A DNA stretch of 32,000 nt from Halomicronema hongdechloris C2206. Its GTDB lineage: Bacteria > Cyanobacteriota > Cyanobacteriia > Phormidesmidales > Phormidesmidaceae. Position 1 is the first letter of the stretch; each line of letters begins with the position of its first letter. The position numbers and the translations under genes were made by a program. This document shows, piece by piece, positions 1 through 8,352 of this stretch. The stretch spans positions 4,050,001-4,082,000 of the forward strand of contig NZ_CP021983.2 in assembly GCF_002075285.3 (NCBI RefSeq). The letters run 5' to 3'. Below the pieces are notes generated by a model that saw only the letters and a program-made list of their open reading frames with translations, was not told the origin of the DNA and ran no database searches.

Positions 1-128
1 TGCGTTTTGCCATCATTGCGTAGTAGAAGAATTAAAATCCTCTCGCGAATATCAGGATGCTCATGGGACTTGAGCTGCTTTTGTAACTCTTGCTTCTCTT
101 CTGGCGTTAAGTAGTTCTTGATTGGCAT
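1..128 (-). CDS. IS630-family-like transposase, N-terminal HTH part (partial; continues past the window start)
   Basis: Reverse translation from the ATG at 128-126 gives MPIKNYLTPEEKQELQKQLKSHEHPDIRERILILLLRNDGKTQ. This matches my memory of the N-terminus of cyanobacterial IS630/Tc1-type transposases. Only 42 codons are visible. Confidence 0.5.
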   Translation of the reverse strand, partial: MPIKNYLTPEEKQELQKQLKSHEHPDIRERILILLLRNDGKT

Positions 129-180
129 AGCTAACCTACTTGAATCATACCTTATGATACGTAATTTAGATGATGCCTAA

Positions 181-513
181 CAGCTTATCTACGATGCGCC
201 CACCTATAAAGAGGCCCAGCAGCGCAAAAAAGCCTTTGTTGATAAGTGGCAGGAACTGGAACCCGATGCCATCCATGCCTTCCAGTGGGGACTCCAGCGA
301 ACCTTTACTTTCTATCAACTCGACGAGTCTTGGCATCGCTGGGTTCGCACGACCAATGCCCTCGAACGATTTTTTCGAGAATTTCGAGCCAAGGCAGATG
401 AAATTGGAGCCTTCCCCAATGAGCACAGTTGTTTGACTTTGTTCTTTTTGGTGGTTCAGCTAGACCACGCTAAACATGACCGACCCGCTGTGGCGAATAA
501 ATCGAGACACTAA
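181..513 (+). pseudogene. IS256-family (mutator-type) transposase, C-terminal fragment only
   Basis: The frame ending at TAA 511-513 reads QLIYDAPTYKEAQQRKKAFVDKWQELEPDAIHAFQWGLQRTFTFYQLDESWHRWVRTTNALERFFREFRAKADEIGAFPNEHSCLTLFFLVV. The RTTNxLERFxREFR...FPNExS block is the conserved IS256 C-terminus. The frame is closed upstream by TAA at 178-180 and there is no N-terminal part. The supplied ORFs 166..426 and 170..436 are in the wrong frames. Confidence 0.65.
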
Positions 514-698
514 CGGACAAGGAGGTCAACGTATGGCAGAAAGAGAGTTGGGATTGACGTGAAAACATTCTAGATGATCTTTCTACTGTCATCAATTTCG
601 CTCAAACTATGACCTGGAGCTGGTTGACTGACAATAGTTGATGGTCGAACGCCTGAAACGCTTGTGAGACAGAGCTTTGAGGGACATGGGAAAACTGA

Positions 699-1863
699 GT
701 GGGAGTTGGCATTCTAAGATTAGATACCACTCACAATCCTGAATGCTGTGAAAAAACCTCCCGCCTCTACCATGCCTTGAAATCCTGGATGGGTCAATCC
801 AATGCATGGGCTCACCTGACCCATCTGACCACGTGTCTCTGGATGGTGGTCGCTCTGAGTCAGACCGGGGAGGTGAACTTAACCCGTTGGCTACCCTATA
901 TCCCGTGCCGAGGGTGGCAGGCGCAAAGTAAACAGCGACGGCTCAGTCGGTGGTTGCATAACTGTCGCCTCAATGTTCAGCGGTTTTACAAACCGCTGAT
1001 TCAAGCTGCCTTAGCCGACTGGCAAGAGGACGTACTCTATTTGAGCTTAGACACCTCGATGTTTTGGGACCAGTCCTGTTTGCTCCGTCTGGCGGTGGTG
1101 CATCGGGGACGGGCGTTGCCAGTGGTCTGGCGGGTCCTCGAACGGCAAAGTGCCTCCGTTTCATTCCACGAGTATCGCGAGATGCTCTACCAGGCGGTGA
1201 ACCGCTTACCCAAGGGCGTCAAGTGGTGGTGCTGGCGGATCGAGGCTGTGTGCATACTGACTGCATGCGAGCGATGAGCACCCAACTCGGCTGGCACTAC
1301 CGCATACGCCTCAAACGAGCACCTGGATTTGGCGAGTAGGCAAAGGCTGGCGGCCGTTGAAGGACTTTCGCCTGAATCGGGGCGAAGCGCTTTGCTTTCA
1401 CAACGTCAAACTCCATAAAAGTCAGTGGTTTGGCCCGGTTCATGTGGCCTTTGGTCGCAACAACGTCAACGGTGAGTTTTGGGCCATCGTCAGCGATGAA
1501 CCGACCTCTCTGAAGACCTTCGAGGAATACGGCTTGAGGTTTGATATTGAGGAGACTTTCCTGGATGAGCAGTCCAATGGCTGGAATGTACAGCAATCAG
1601 AACTTCGCTCCGTCTGTGCCCTCTCTCGCCTCTGGTTTATCCTGGCGGTCGCGACTCTCTAGGTCTCTGCTCAAGGGGTTGAGGTGGTCAAATCGGGCAA
1701 ACGAGGTTGGGTCGACCCCCACTGGTTGCGGGGCAACAGCTATTTCCGCATCGGTTGGGATTGGGTTAAAACGGCTTTGGAGACGGGTTGGCGGCTCATT
1801 CGACGGGTGCACTTTACCAGCAACCGAGATCCGCAACCGGCTATGGCCTCCCGAAAGCAATAA
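699..1863 (+). pseudogene. IS4-family DDE transposase, inactivated (two frameshifts, one in-frame stop, IS insertion near the 3' end)
   Basis: Homologous sense runs through three frames: ...LYLSLDTSMFWDQSCLLRLAVVHRGRALPVVWRVLE... (699-frame), VVVLADRGCVHTDCMRAMSTQLGWHYRIRLK (1064-frame), and FHNVKLHKSQWFGPVHVAFGRNNVNGEFWAIVSDEPTSLKTFEEYGLRFDIEETF (1357-frame). There is an in-frame TAG at 1660-1662. The frame then continues VSAQGVEVVKSGKRGWVDPHWLRGNSYFRIGW...SRKQ up to the nested IS. Its last 20 codons resume at 3052-3112 (YQKRAYQLEFTIRTYEYVPD*). Confidence 0.7.
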
Positions 1864-1906
1864 GTAGGGCAGGTATAAAAAGCCGATGTTTGTGACAATA
1901 GATTAA

Positions 1907-1940
1907 GCAGCTTTAACATCTACGCAGCTTTAACATCTAC
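1907..1940. repeat. Perfect 17-bp tandem duplication GCAGCTTTAACATCTAC x2 at the 3' end of IS630 orfB
   Basis: Read directly: 1907-1923 is identical to 1924-1940. Either copy yields the same protein end ...YVDVKAA*. Confidence 0.9.
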
Positions 1941-2573
1941 ATAGTGAGTGGAGTGGCCATTTTTCTCCCCCCTGTCTTCTAAGCCAATAACAACGTTGTA
2001 CGCCAGTTCTGCTTCACACTCAAACATCTGTCCAACCAGTTCATCGCGCTTGAGGTGCTGCCATTCCCCTTCAATGGGATTCATCTCTGAGCAATACGAG
2101 GGCAAGAAAAAGATATAGAGTCCCTGAGCTTCCCATTCAGCCCAGTGCTGTCGGGTCACCTGACTGGTGTGAATGGAGCCATTATCTTGCACAATCACGC
2201 GAATACGCCCGGTCTTGTCATACTCCGTCGCCGCATCTTTAGCCTGACCGGTGAGCATCGCGATATAGTCCTCACTCTTGAAGGAGCCAAACACGAGCCC
2301 ATAAATAAAGGTGATAAAGGGCTGCCATAGCCCCAAAATACTCAGCCGTCGTCCCCGCTTTTTCCTCTGTTCCTGGCGGTTTTGCTGACCGCGAAAATAG
2401 TAGCTGTAGCTGACGGGGCTCCACTGGCAGCAGCCTGACTCATCCAGATAGAACAAGTCAATGTCACCTGCTGCGGCAGCCAACTCCAGCATATCCAAGT
2501 CGGCTTGCTTGAGCGCTCGTTGGAGCGGGTCCTGACGCTCACGATGACTGTGGCGAGTGCGCTTCCAGATCAC
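1920..2573 (-). CDS. IS630-family transposase orfB (DDE catalytic part), probably fused to orfA by a -1 frameshift
   Basis: The ORF contains ...LFYLDESGC..., ...VIVQDNGSIHTS... and ...FFLPSYCSEMNPIEGEWQHLK.... This is the DD(34/35)E-type layout typical of IS630/Tc1. It has no plausible start of its own. Confidence 0.7.
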   Translation of the reverse strand: MIWKRTRHSHRERQDPLQRALKQADLDMLELAAAAGDIDLFYLDESGCCQWSPVSYSYYFRGQQNRQEQRKKRGRRLSILGLWQPFITFIYGLVFGSFKSEDYIAMLTGQAKDAATEYDKTGRIRVIVQDNGSIHTSQVTRQHWAEWEAQGLYIFFLPSYCSEMNPIEGEWQHLKRDELVGQMFECEAELAYNVVIGLEDRGEKNGHSTHYVDVKAA

Positions 2574-2980
2574 CCCCTTTTTTTGAGCACCTGCCGTAGA
2601 TAGTCAGGACTCAGATGAATGCGGCGCTCTTGTTCTAATTTTTCGGCCAATTGTGGACTCGTATACGTGCGTTCGTCCACTTGCAAGACTTGCTCGATGT
2701 ACACCATGTCTGCCTCTTGCCATCGGCGACGTTTTCCCCGACCGGGGGCTTCCCATAACCCACCTAATCCACCTGCCTGCCAGCGGTGTAGCGTTTTGCG
2801 AACCATCTCCACGTGCCAATTGAAAAAGGCTGCAATCATCTCAACATAGTCTCCCCGAGCATTCATGCGCATCACTTGGGCTCGGTCTTTGACCCGTTGA
2901 GGGACAGTCGTCGCTCGTTGCAGTTCTCGCAAGGTGCGATCTTCCTCGGGTGTCAGAAAGACCCGTAGTTGCATTCCCAT
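2570..2980 (-). CDS. IS630-family transposase orfA (helix-turn-helix part)
   Basis: ORF MGMQLRVFLTPEEDRTLRELQRATTVPQRVKDRAQVMRMNARGDY...LRQVLKKRG. It ends inside an A7G run that overlaps orfB. The start could be 2980 or 2974. Confidence 0.7.
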   Translation of the reverse strand: MGMQLRVFLTPEEDRTLRELQRATTVPQRVKDRAQVMRMNARGDYVEMIAAFFNWHVEMVRKTLHRWQAGGLGGLWEAPGRGKRRRWQEADMVYIEQVLQVDERTYTSPQLAEKLEQERRIHLSPDYLRQVLKKRG

Positions 2981-3440
2981 GACGCCCCCACCTGTCAAGC
3001 TACAAGTTGCAAACCTAAGCATACCTCGATGTTTTTAGCACGGGCTACTTATCAGAAACGCGCCTATCAATTGGAGTTCACAATACGGACGTATGAGTAT
3101 GTGCCGGACTAGTTTTGTCAGTCAACCAGGACCTGGAGTCATATTAGATTGATTCAATCTATCTATTGTACACTTTTGGGTACTATACAAGATTTGTACA
3201 TGGTTATTAGTATAAGAAGGTAATTAATTGTTCTTCTACTTTGCAGCAAAAAGCTCTTTTAGCTTTTTAAACCGATTGACTACTTACGTTCACTGCTGTT
3301 TGCATTTACATAAGAGGCAAGCTGTATTTATCTGTTTTTTGAAATTTTGTTACTTGAGTAGAATTGAGAATTATCGTAATAGTATTTTGAGCTAAACAAT
3401 TTTTAGTGTCGTTTTTTGTAATATGTGATTGGAAAAGAAT

Positions 3441-4280
3441 ATGAGCCAAATAAAAAAACTAAATCGATATAAGCAGAAGGTAGCATTGGGATTTGATCTA
3501 GCAGCTGCTGACTATGAGTCTCATTCCTTACGATATCTGCCAGACTGTGCAAACCATTTAGTTAAATTGGCAAAAATGCAAAGCGGGCAAAAGATTTTGG
3601 ATGTTGCAACTGGTACAGGCTTTGCGGCCCTTGCTGCGGCAAAATCTGTTGGGTCTACAGGTAATGTAATAGGGATTGACATTGCTAAAAATATGCTGGA
3701 AAAGTCGCAAGAAAATATAGAAGCTATGGGCTTTAAAAATGTAGAAATGCATGTGGGAGATGCTGAATCCCTAAATTTTAAAAATAATGAATTTGACGGG
3801 GTAATCTGCGCTTCTGGTATTTTTTTTCTTTCTGATGTAGTTGCTGCACTCCAAGAATGGAGACGGGTCACTAAAGAAGGAGGGTTTGTATCTTTTTCGA
3901 GTTTCGATCAAATAGCCTTTAAGCCCATGTTAGAACTGTTATTAACACGCCTTCAAAAACACTGTGTTTCAATGACAATGCCAGTTCCTGCCAAACAGAT
4001 TGATTCAACTGAGAAGTGTTATGACTCACTAAACAGTGCAGGGTTTGAAAAGATTGAAATACAAACTCAACAGCTTGGCTATTATCTCAATAACGTATAT
4101 GAGTGGTGGAACATAGTGTGGAACAGCGGTTTTAGATTCTATGTTTCACAACTGCCACCTGAAAATCTAGAGTTATTTAAAAAAGAACACCTTGCAGAAA
4201 TAGAAACTTATACCACAAAGCAAGGGATTTGGTTTGATGTTGAGACCATATTTGCTAAGGGTTTTAAAGAGACAGTATAG
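3441..4280 (+). CDS. Class I SAM-dependent methyltransferase (Methyltransf_11/UbiE-like)
   Basis: Motif I is ILDVATGTGFAALAAA, with an acidic post-I GIDIA and motif II/III FDGVICASGIFFL. The ATG at 3441 is preferred over the TTG at 3429. The gene is AT-rich. Confidence 0.8.
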   Translation: MSQIKKLNRYKQKVALGFDLAAADYESHSLRYLPDCANHLVKLAKMQSGQKILDVATGTGFAALAAAKSVGSTGNVIGIDIAKNMLEKSQENIEAMGFKNVEMHVGDAESLNFKNNEFDGVICASGIFFLSDVVAALQEWRRVTKEGGFVSFSSFDQIAFKPMLELLLTRLQKHCVSMTMPVPAKQIDSTEKCYDSLNSAGFEKIEIQTQQLGYYLNNVYEWWNIVWNSGFRFYVSQLPPENLELFKKEHLAEIETYTTKQGIWFDVETIFAKGFKETV

Positions 4281-4460
4281 CAATCATACAGAAAACCGTT
4301 CTCTAATTTTGTTTTGTTGTTTATTATCGATGTAAAAATTTAATACTGAAAATTAGGATCAATTAACTGATTTAGCTTATTCTGAAGCTTTTAAATTTTG
4401 GACATACAACATACGAAGAACCGACGAAGTTCTGACTTTTAAAAACTTTCAACGAAACAG

Positions 4461-5780
4461 ATGTATAATAGTTTGCACCAGCTTCGCGAAAAAATTTTGC
4501 ACTCTACTTGCAAAATAGGAGTTGTTGGTCTGGGATATGTTGGATTACCATTTGCTGTTGAAAAAGCAAAAGTAGGGTTTTCGGTGATTGGGGTGGACCG
4601 AAATTCAAAACGGGTAGCATGGGTCAACCAAGCCCATAACTACATTAAAGATGTCAAAGACTATGAATTAAAGCGCGTTGTAGAAAGTGGCTATTTTAAA
4701 GCAGAGGAAAGCTTTGGGCGTTTGTCTGAAATGGATGTCATCGTTATTTGTGTGCCGACCCCTCTTACTGAAGATTTAACCCCAGATATCAGCTATATCG
4801 AGGAAGTTACTCAAGAAATTGCCAAGCGATTGCGTCCTGGACAACTTATTTCCTTAGAATCAACTACTTATCCTGGCACAACAGATGAAGTAATATGCCC
4901 TATTCTTGAGCGCTGTAGTGGGCTTAAGCGAGGGAAAGATTTCTTCTTAGCCTATTCTCCCGAAAGAATCGATCCAGGTAATCAGCGCTACACAACAAAA
5001 AACATCAATAAAGTGGTAAGTGCTTCTGATGTTCACTCTCTAGAAGTTGCAACATTGTTCTACCAACAAACTATCGAAACTATTACCACCATCAGCAGTT
5101 CCAAAGTAGCAGAACTTTCGAAAATTTTCGAAAACACCTTTCGAGCAGTAAATATTGCTCTGGTGAATGAACTTGCTATGCTATGTGATCGTTTAGATAT
5201 TAATGTCTGGGAAGTGATAGATACCGCCAACACAAAACCATTTGGAATTATGCCTTTCTATCCGGGTCCTGGGGTAGGTGGTCACTGCATTCCAATTGAT
5301 CCCCATTATTTAAAATGGAAAGCTAAAGATGTCAACTTCAATGCCCGCTTCATTAACTTCGCCAGCGAAATTAATCGTCAGATGCCTTCTTTTGTCAAAA
5401 ATAAGGCATTTTCAATCCTTGATCGATTAGGAATAGCACCTTCCGTGTCCCGCTGTTTTATTTTGGGGGTGACCTACAAAAAAGACCTGCCTGACTTGAG
5501 GGAATCTCCCGCGATTTCAATCATCAAATTACTTCTAGAAGAGAAGGTTGTGGTGTCTTACTATGACCCATATATTCCTAAATTAGAAGTTGGAGAACAT
5601 TCCTTCAAAAGCACTTCTTTGACGGCAGAAAACCTCTCCTTTATGAATCTGGTCATCATCACCACTGACCATAGCCAGGTGGACTATGAAGCAGTGGTAA
5701 CCCATGCCCCTTATGTACTAGACACACGAGGGATAACTCGTCATCTAAATTGCGCTGGCGAGAAGGTAACAATGTTATGA
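4461..5780 (+). CDS. Nucleotide-sugar 6-dehydrogenase (UDP-glucose/GDP-mannose dehydrogenase family, UDP-HexNAc dehydrogenase-like)
   Basis: N-terminal Rossmann motif IGVVGLGYVGLP; ICVPTP; catalytic-Cys motif GPGVGGHCIPIDP; C-terminal UDP-binding-type domain (GVTYKKDLPDLRESPA). Confidence 0.85.
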   Translation: MYNSLHQLREKILHSTCKIGVVGLGYVGLPFAVEKAKVGFSVIGVDRNSKRVAWVNQAHNYIKDVKDYELKRVVESGYFKAEESFGRLSEMDVIVICVPTPLTEDLTPDISYIEEVTQEIAKRLRPGQLISLESTTYPGTTDEVICPILERCSGLKRGKDFFLAYSPERIDPGNQRYTTKNINKVVSASDVHSLEVATLFYQQTIETITTISSSKVAELSKIFENTFRAVNIALVNELAMLCDRLDINVWEVIDTANTKPFGIMPFYPGPGVGGHCIPIDPHYLKWKAKDVNFNARFINFASEINRQMPSFVKNKAFSILDRLGIAPSVSRCFILGVTYKKDLPDLRESPAISIIKLLLEEKVVVSYYDPYIPKLEVGEHSFKSTSLTAENLSFMNLVIITTDHSQVDYEAVVTHAPYVLDTRGITRHLNCAGEKVTML

Positions 5781-6883
5781 AACCAATCGTTTCTACTATG
5801 AATAGAGCTGTTAACCTCATGGATTTTGAGTCCATTGCACGAGAATGTTTATCGCAGCCTATCTGGAATTACTTCGCCAGCGGCGCTAACGACGAAATCA
5901 CACTGCGTAACAACCGTGAGGCATTTTCTCGTATTAATTTATACTACAAAGTTCTAGTGGATGTAAACGAGTGTTCCTTACAGACGCAGATTCTGGGTCA
6001 AAAAAATTCTATACCGATACTTATAGCACCTTTGGCGTTTCATAAACTAGCTCATCCCGATGGCGAGATGGCTACTGCTCGTGCTGCTGGCGCACAGGGT
6101 ACAATCATGATTCTAAGTACCATGAGCACGACACCAGTTGAAGAAGTAGTTGCTAATGCATCAGGCCCTATCTGGTTTCAGCTTTACATTTACAGAGACC
6201 GTGCGGTTACTAAAGCACTCGTCAAACGAGTAGAAGCAGCTGGTTGCTCAGCATTGGTATTGACTGTCGATGCTCCAGTAATGGGGCATCGCGAACGTGA
6301 TATTCGCAGCGGAGTAGATTTATTTGCTGAACTTCAACTAGAAAATGTGTTCGCCATGGACGTGTACAAAACTTCCGAAAATACGCGCAACAAAAACATG
6401 GCAGAACATTTTGCGTCACTTTTCGACCCTTCAATTACTTGGAAGGATATCGAGTGGTTGCGTTCGCTCACCAAGCTACCAGTTATCGTTAAGGGTATCA
6501 TTCGCGCCGATGATGCACAACACGCTGTGTGTAGTGGCGCCAGCGGTATTATTGTTTCCAACCACGGAGGGCGTCAACTCGATACAGCACCAGCTACTAT
6601 TGACGCACTGTCGCCTATCGTCGAATCAGTAGGCAAAAGTGCAGACATCTTCCTCGATGGTGGTATCTTACGAGGTACCGATGTTATCAAAGCATTAGCA
6701 CTTGGTGCTAATGCTGTCCTTATTGGTAGACCTGTACTCTGGGGATTAGCAGTAGGTGGCACTGAGGGGGTAGAGCACATATTCAAAATCCTACGCAATG
6801 AAGTCAATTTGGCTATGGCTTTGTGTGGTTGCCCGACAATAGCCGACATCAAATATGACCTGTTACGACCAAAAAATCGCTAG
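5777..6883 (+). CDS. FMN-dependent alpha-hydroxy-acid oxidase/dehydrogenase (glycolate / lactate / hydroxymandelate oxidase family)
   Basis: The family signature SNHGGRQLD is present. Also seen: AFSRI...LGQKNSIPILIAPLAFHKLAHPDGEMATARAA, LTVDAPVMGHRERD and DGGILRGTDVIKALALGA. The ATG at 5777 overlaps the upstream TGA (ATGA), which suggests translational coupling. Confidence 0.85.
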   Translation: MKPIVSTMNRAVNLMDFESIARECLSQPIWNYFASGANDEITLRNNREAFSRINLYYKVLVDVNECSLQTQILGQKNSIPILIAPLAFHKLAHPDGEMATARAAGAQGTIMILSTMSTTPVEEVVANASGPIWFQLYIYRDRAVTKALVKRVEAAGCSALVLTVDAPVMGHRERDIRSGVDLFAELQLENVFAMDVYKTSENTRNKNMAEHFASLFDPSITWKDIEWLRSLTKLPVIVKGIIRADDAQHAVCSGASGIIVSNHGGRQLDTAPATIDALSPIVESVGKSADIFLDGGILRGTDVIKALALGANAVLIGRPVLWGLAVGGTEGVEHIFKILRNEVNLAMALCGCPTIADIKYDLLRPKNR

Positions 6884-7016
6884 TAGCTACTAGTTAAGTA
6901 ATAGCTTTCATCAGAAAGAGGTTTTGAGCTGAATAGACAGCGTCTTCAGTATAAATTATTATTGTAACCTTCTTTGGTAATCCGAAAAATTCATTACGTA
7001 ATAGAATATTGTTCAT

Positions 7017-7178
7017 ATGATAGAACATACTCAACGACGAGACGGTGAGCTAATAGATCTTGGAATAGGACGACCTGATTTTGCGCTTCTTCCTCTTGCA
7101 GAACTCCGAAAGGCTTCTGCACACCGATTTTCTCTAATAGATACAAGCTGTCTTCAGTACTCGCCAGAAGCGGGTCGT
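7017..7178 (+). pseudogene. Class I/II PLP aminotransferase, N-terminal 54 codons (gene split by an IS)
   Basis: MIEHTQRRDGELIDLGIGRPDFALLPLAELRKA...LQYSPEAGR. The reading frame then runs into the IS inverted repeat. Confidence 0.7.
7170..7178. repeat. Target-site duplication GCGGGTCGT (left copy)
   Basis: An identical 9-mer sits at 8344-8352, immediately outside the IS inverted repeats. Confidence 0.85.
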
Positions 7179-8343
7179 GGGAGCATCTCATTTTTGCGAG
7201 AACCCAGCATCTGTGCTGAGATGAAAGGGTAGTCTCTACCCCAAAAGCTCTTGTCCCCCGAAGACCAAGCCGCCTTAGCCCAGCATAGCCGCGAGATTGC
7301 CAAGATTCTGCATCGCAATAGCCCTCCTGAAGCCGTTGACACACTTGAAGGCATTGAAACGACGGTGCGGCAGCAGATGCTGGAGCACGTCAGTCCCGAA
7401 GTGGGAATTTTTTTGTCGAAGCGTGCACCCAAACCCAACGGGGACGCCCCCGGCAGCTAAAAAGTGTTCTGGGGACCCTCCCGATTCGGGAACAGCAAGC
7501 CCAGCGGTTGGGCCTCGAACCCCACGGTCGTCTCAGCCCGCTCTTTGAGAAATGTGCGTTGCGGGTTGCGGCCTGCCAAAGCTATGGGAAAGGCGAAACC
7601 GACGTGTCCGTTTTAACGGGGATGTCGTTGAGTCATTCAACGCTGCAACGCCTCGTGCAACGCCAACGTGAGACCCCACCGGAGGCGAAGCAGACGGTCA
7701 CCGAGATCAGTGTCGATGGCGGTAAAGTGCGCCTGCGGCATCCGGAAAAAGGCGAACCCAGTTACTGGAAAGAATACAAGAGTGCTCGGGTCGAGAATCT
7801 GTACTATGGGGCGGCGTTTCAGGCAAATGACTGGCTGCAAGACTGGCTAAATAGCCAACCGTTAGCGAACCCCATCATCTGCCTTGGCGATGGGCATCGG
7901 GGCGTCTGGGCGGTGTTTCGTCCCATCGCCACCGTGGAAACCCGTTTAGAAATTCTCGATTGGTACCACTTGGTCGAAAACCTCTATGGAGTTGGGGGCT
8001 CATTAAAACGGCTGAAACAAGCCAAAGCTCTGTTATGGGAAGGGCGGGTTGATGAAACCCAGGCGTTATTTACCGACTGCGCTCTGGAGCAAGCCCGGCG
8101 ATTCTGTGATTACTTGGAGCGACATCGTCACCGAATTGTGAATTACGGCTATTTTCAAGCTGAACAAATCTGTTCGATTGGCTCAGGTGCAGTTGAGTCA
8201 GCCATCAAGCAGATTGACCATCGCATGAAACTCCCAGGCGCTCAATGGGTGCCCGACAATGTTCAGCAAGCCTTGCAGGTGCGATGTGCCTATCTGAATA
8301 GAGCCTACGATTGTTGATGTTTTTGCAACTTTGAGATGCTCCC
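7179..8343 (+). mobile_element. 1165-bp GC-rich insertion sequence (ISKra4-family-like) interrupting the aminotransferase gene
   Basis: Inverted repeats: left GGGAGCATCTCATTTTTGCGAGAAC; reverse complement of the right end GGGAGCATCTCAAAGTTGCAAAAAC (12 perfect terminal bp). There is a 9-bp direct repeat, an internal transposase, and GC-rich composition unlike the flanking island. The family call is from memory (GGG ends, 9-bp duplication, C-terminal SGAVESAIKQI...PGAQW motif). Confidence 0.7.
7251..8317 (+). pseudogene. IS transposase, read in two frames (frameshift near 7436-7450)
   Basis: Frame A is 7251-7460 (SPEDQAALAQHSREIAKILH...GIFLSKRAPKPNG). Frame B, from about 7442, runs GRPRQLKSVLGTL...LGDGHRGVWAVF...DWYHLVENLY...IGSGAVESAIKQIDHRMKLPGAQW...*. 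Whether the shift is a mutation or programmed cannot be decided from the sequence. Confidence 0.6.
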
Positions 8344-8352
8344 GCGGGTCGT
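8344..8352. repeat. Target-site duplication GCGGGTCGT (right copy)
   Basis: Identical to 7170-7178. Confidence 0.85.

Larger units (their letters stand above)
1863..3049 (-). mobile_element. IS630-family insertion sequence nested in the IS4-family element, TA target duplication
   Basis: TA sits at 1861-1862 and at 3050-3051. The ends begin AGTAG... on both sides, as imperfect inverted repeats. Removing 1863-3051 rejoins the IS4 transposase frame (..SRKQ|Y|QKRAY..). Inside are two overlapping transposase ORFs. Confidence 0.65.
608..3143 (+). mobile_element. IS4-family insertion sequence, degenerate, carrying a nested IS630-family element
   Basis: Terminal inverted repeats: left 608- TATGACCTGGAGCTGGTTGACTGACAA; reverse complement of the right end (..3143) TATGACTCCAGGTCCTGGTTGACTGACAA. 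The internal DDE transposase reading frame is restored across the nested element. No matching direct repeat flanks the element (left ...GCTCAAAC, right TTAGATTG...). Confidence 0.7.

Noticed and set aside
166-436. The supplied ORFs 166..426 (-) and 170..436 (+).
   Set aside because: The third + frame across the same bases gives an unmistakable IS256-type transposase C-terminus. These two are frame shadows.
3166-3200. GTA...TAC motifs (GTACACTTTTGGGTAC, GTACTATACAAGATTTGTAC) resembling NtcA sites upstream of the island's first gene.
   Set aside because: The spacings are N10 and N14 rather than the GTA-N8-TAC of NtcA sites. The DNA is AT-rich and such matches are expected by chance.
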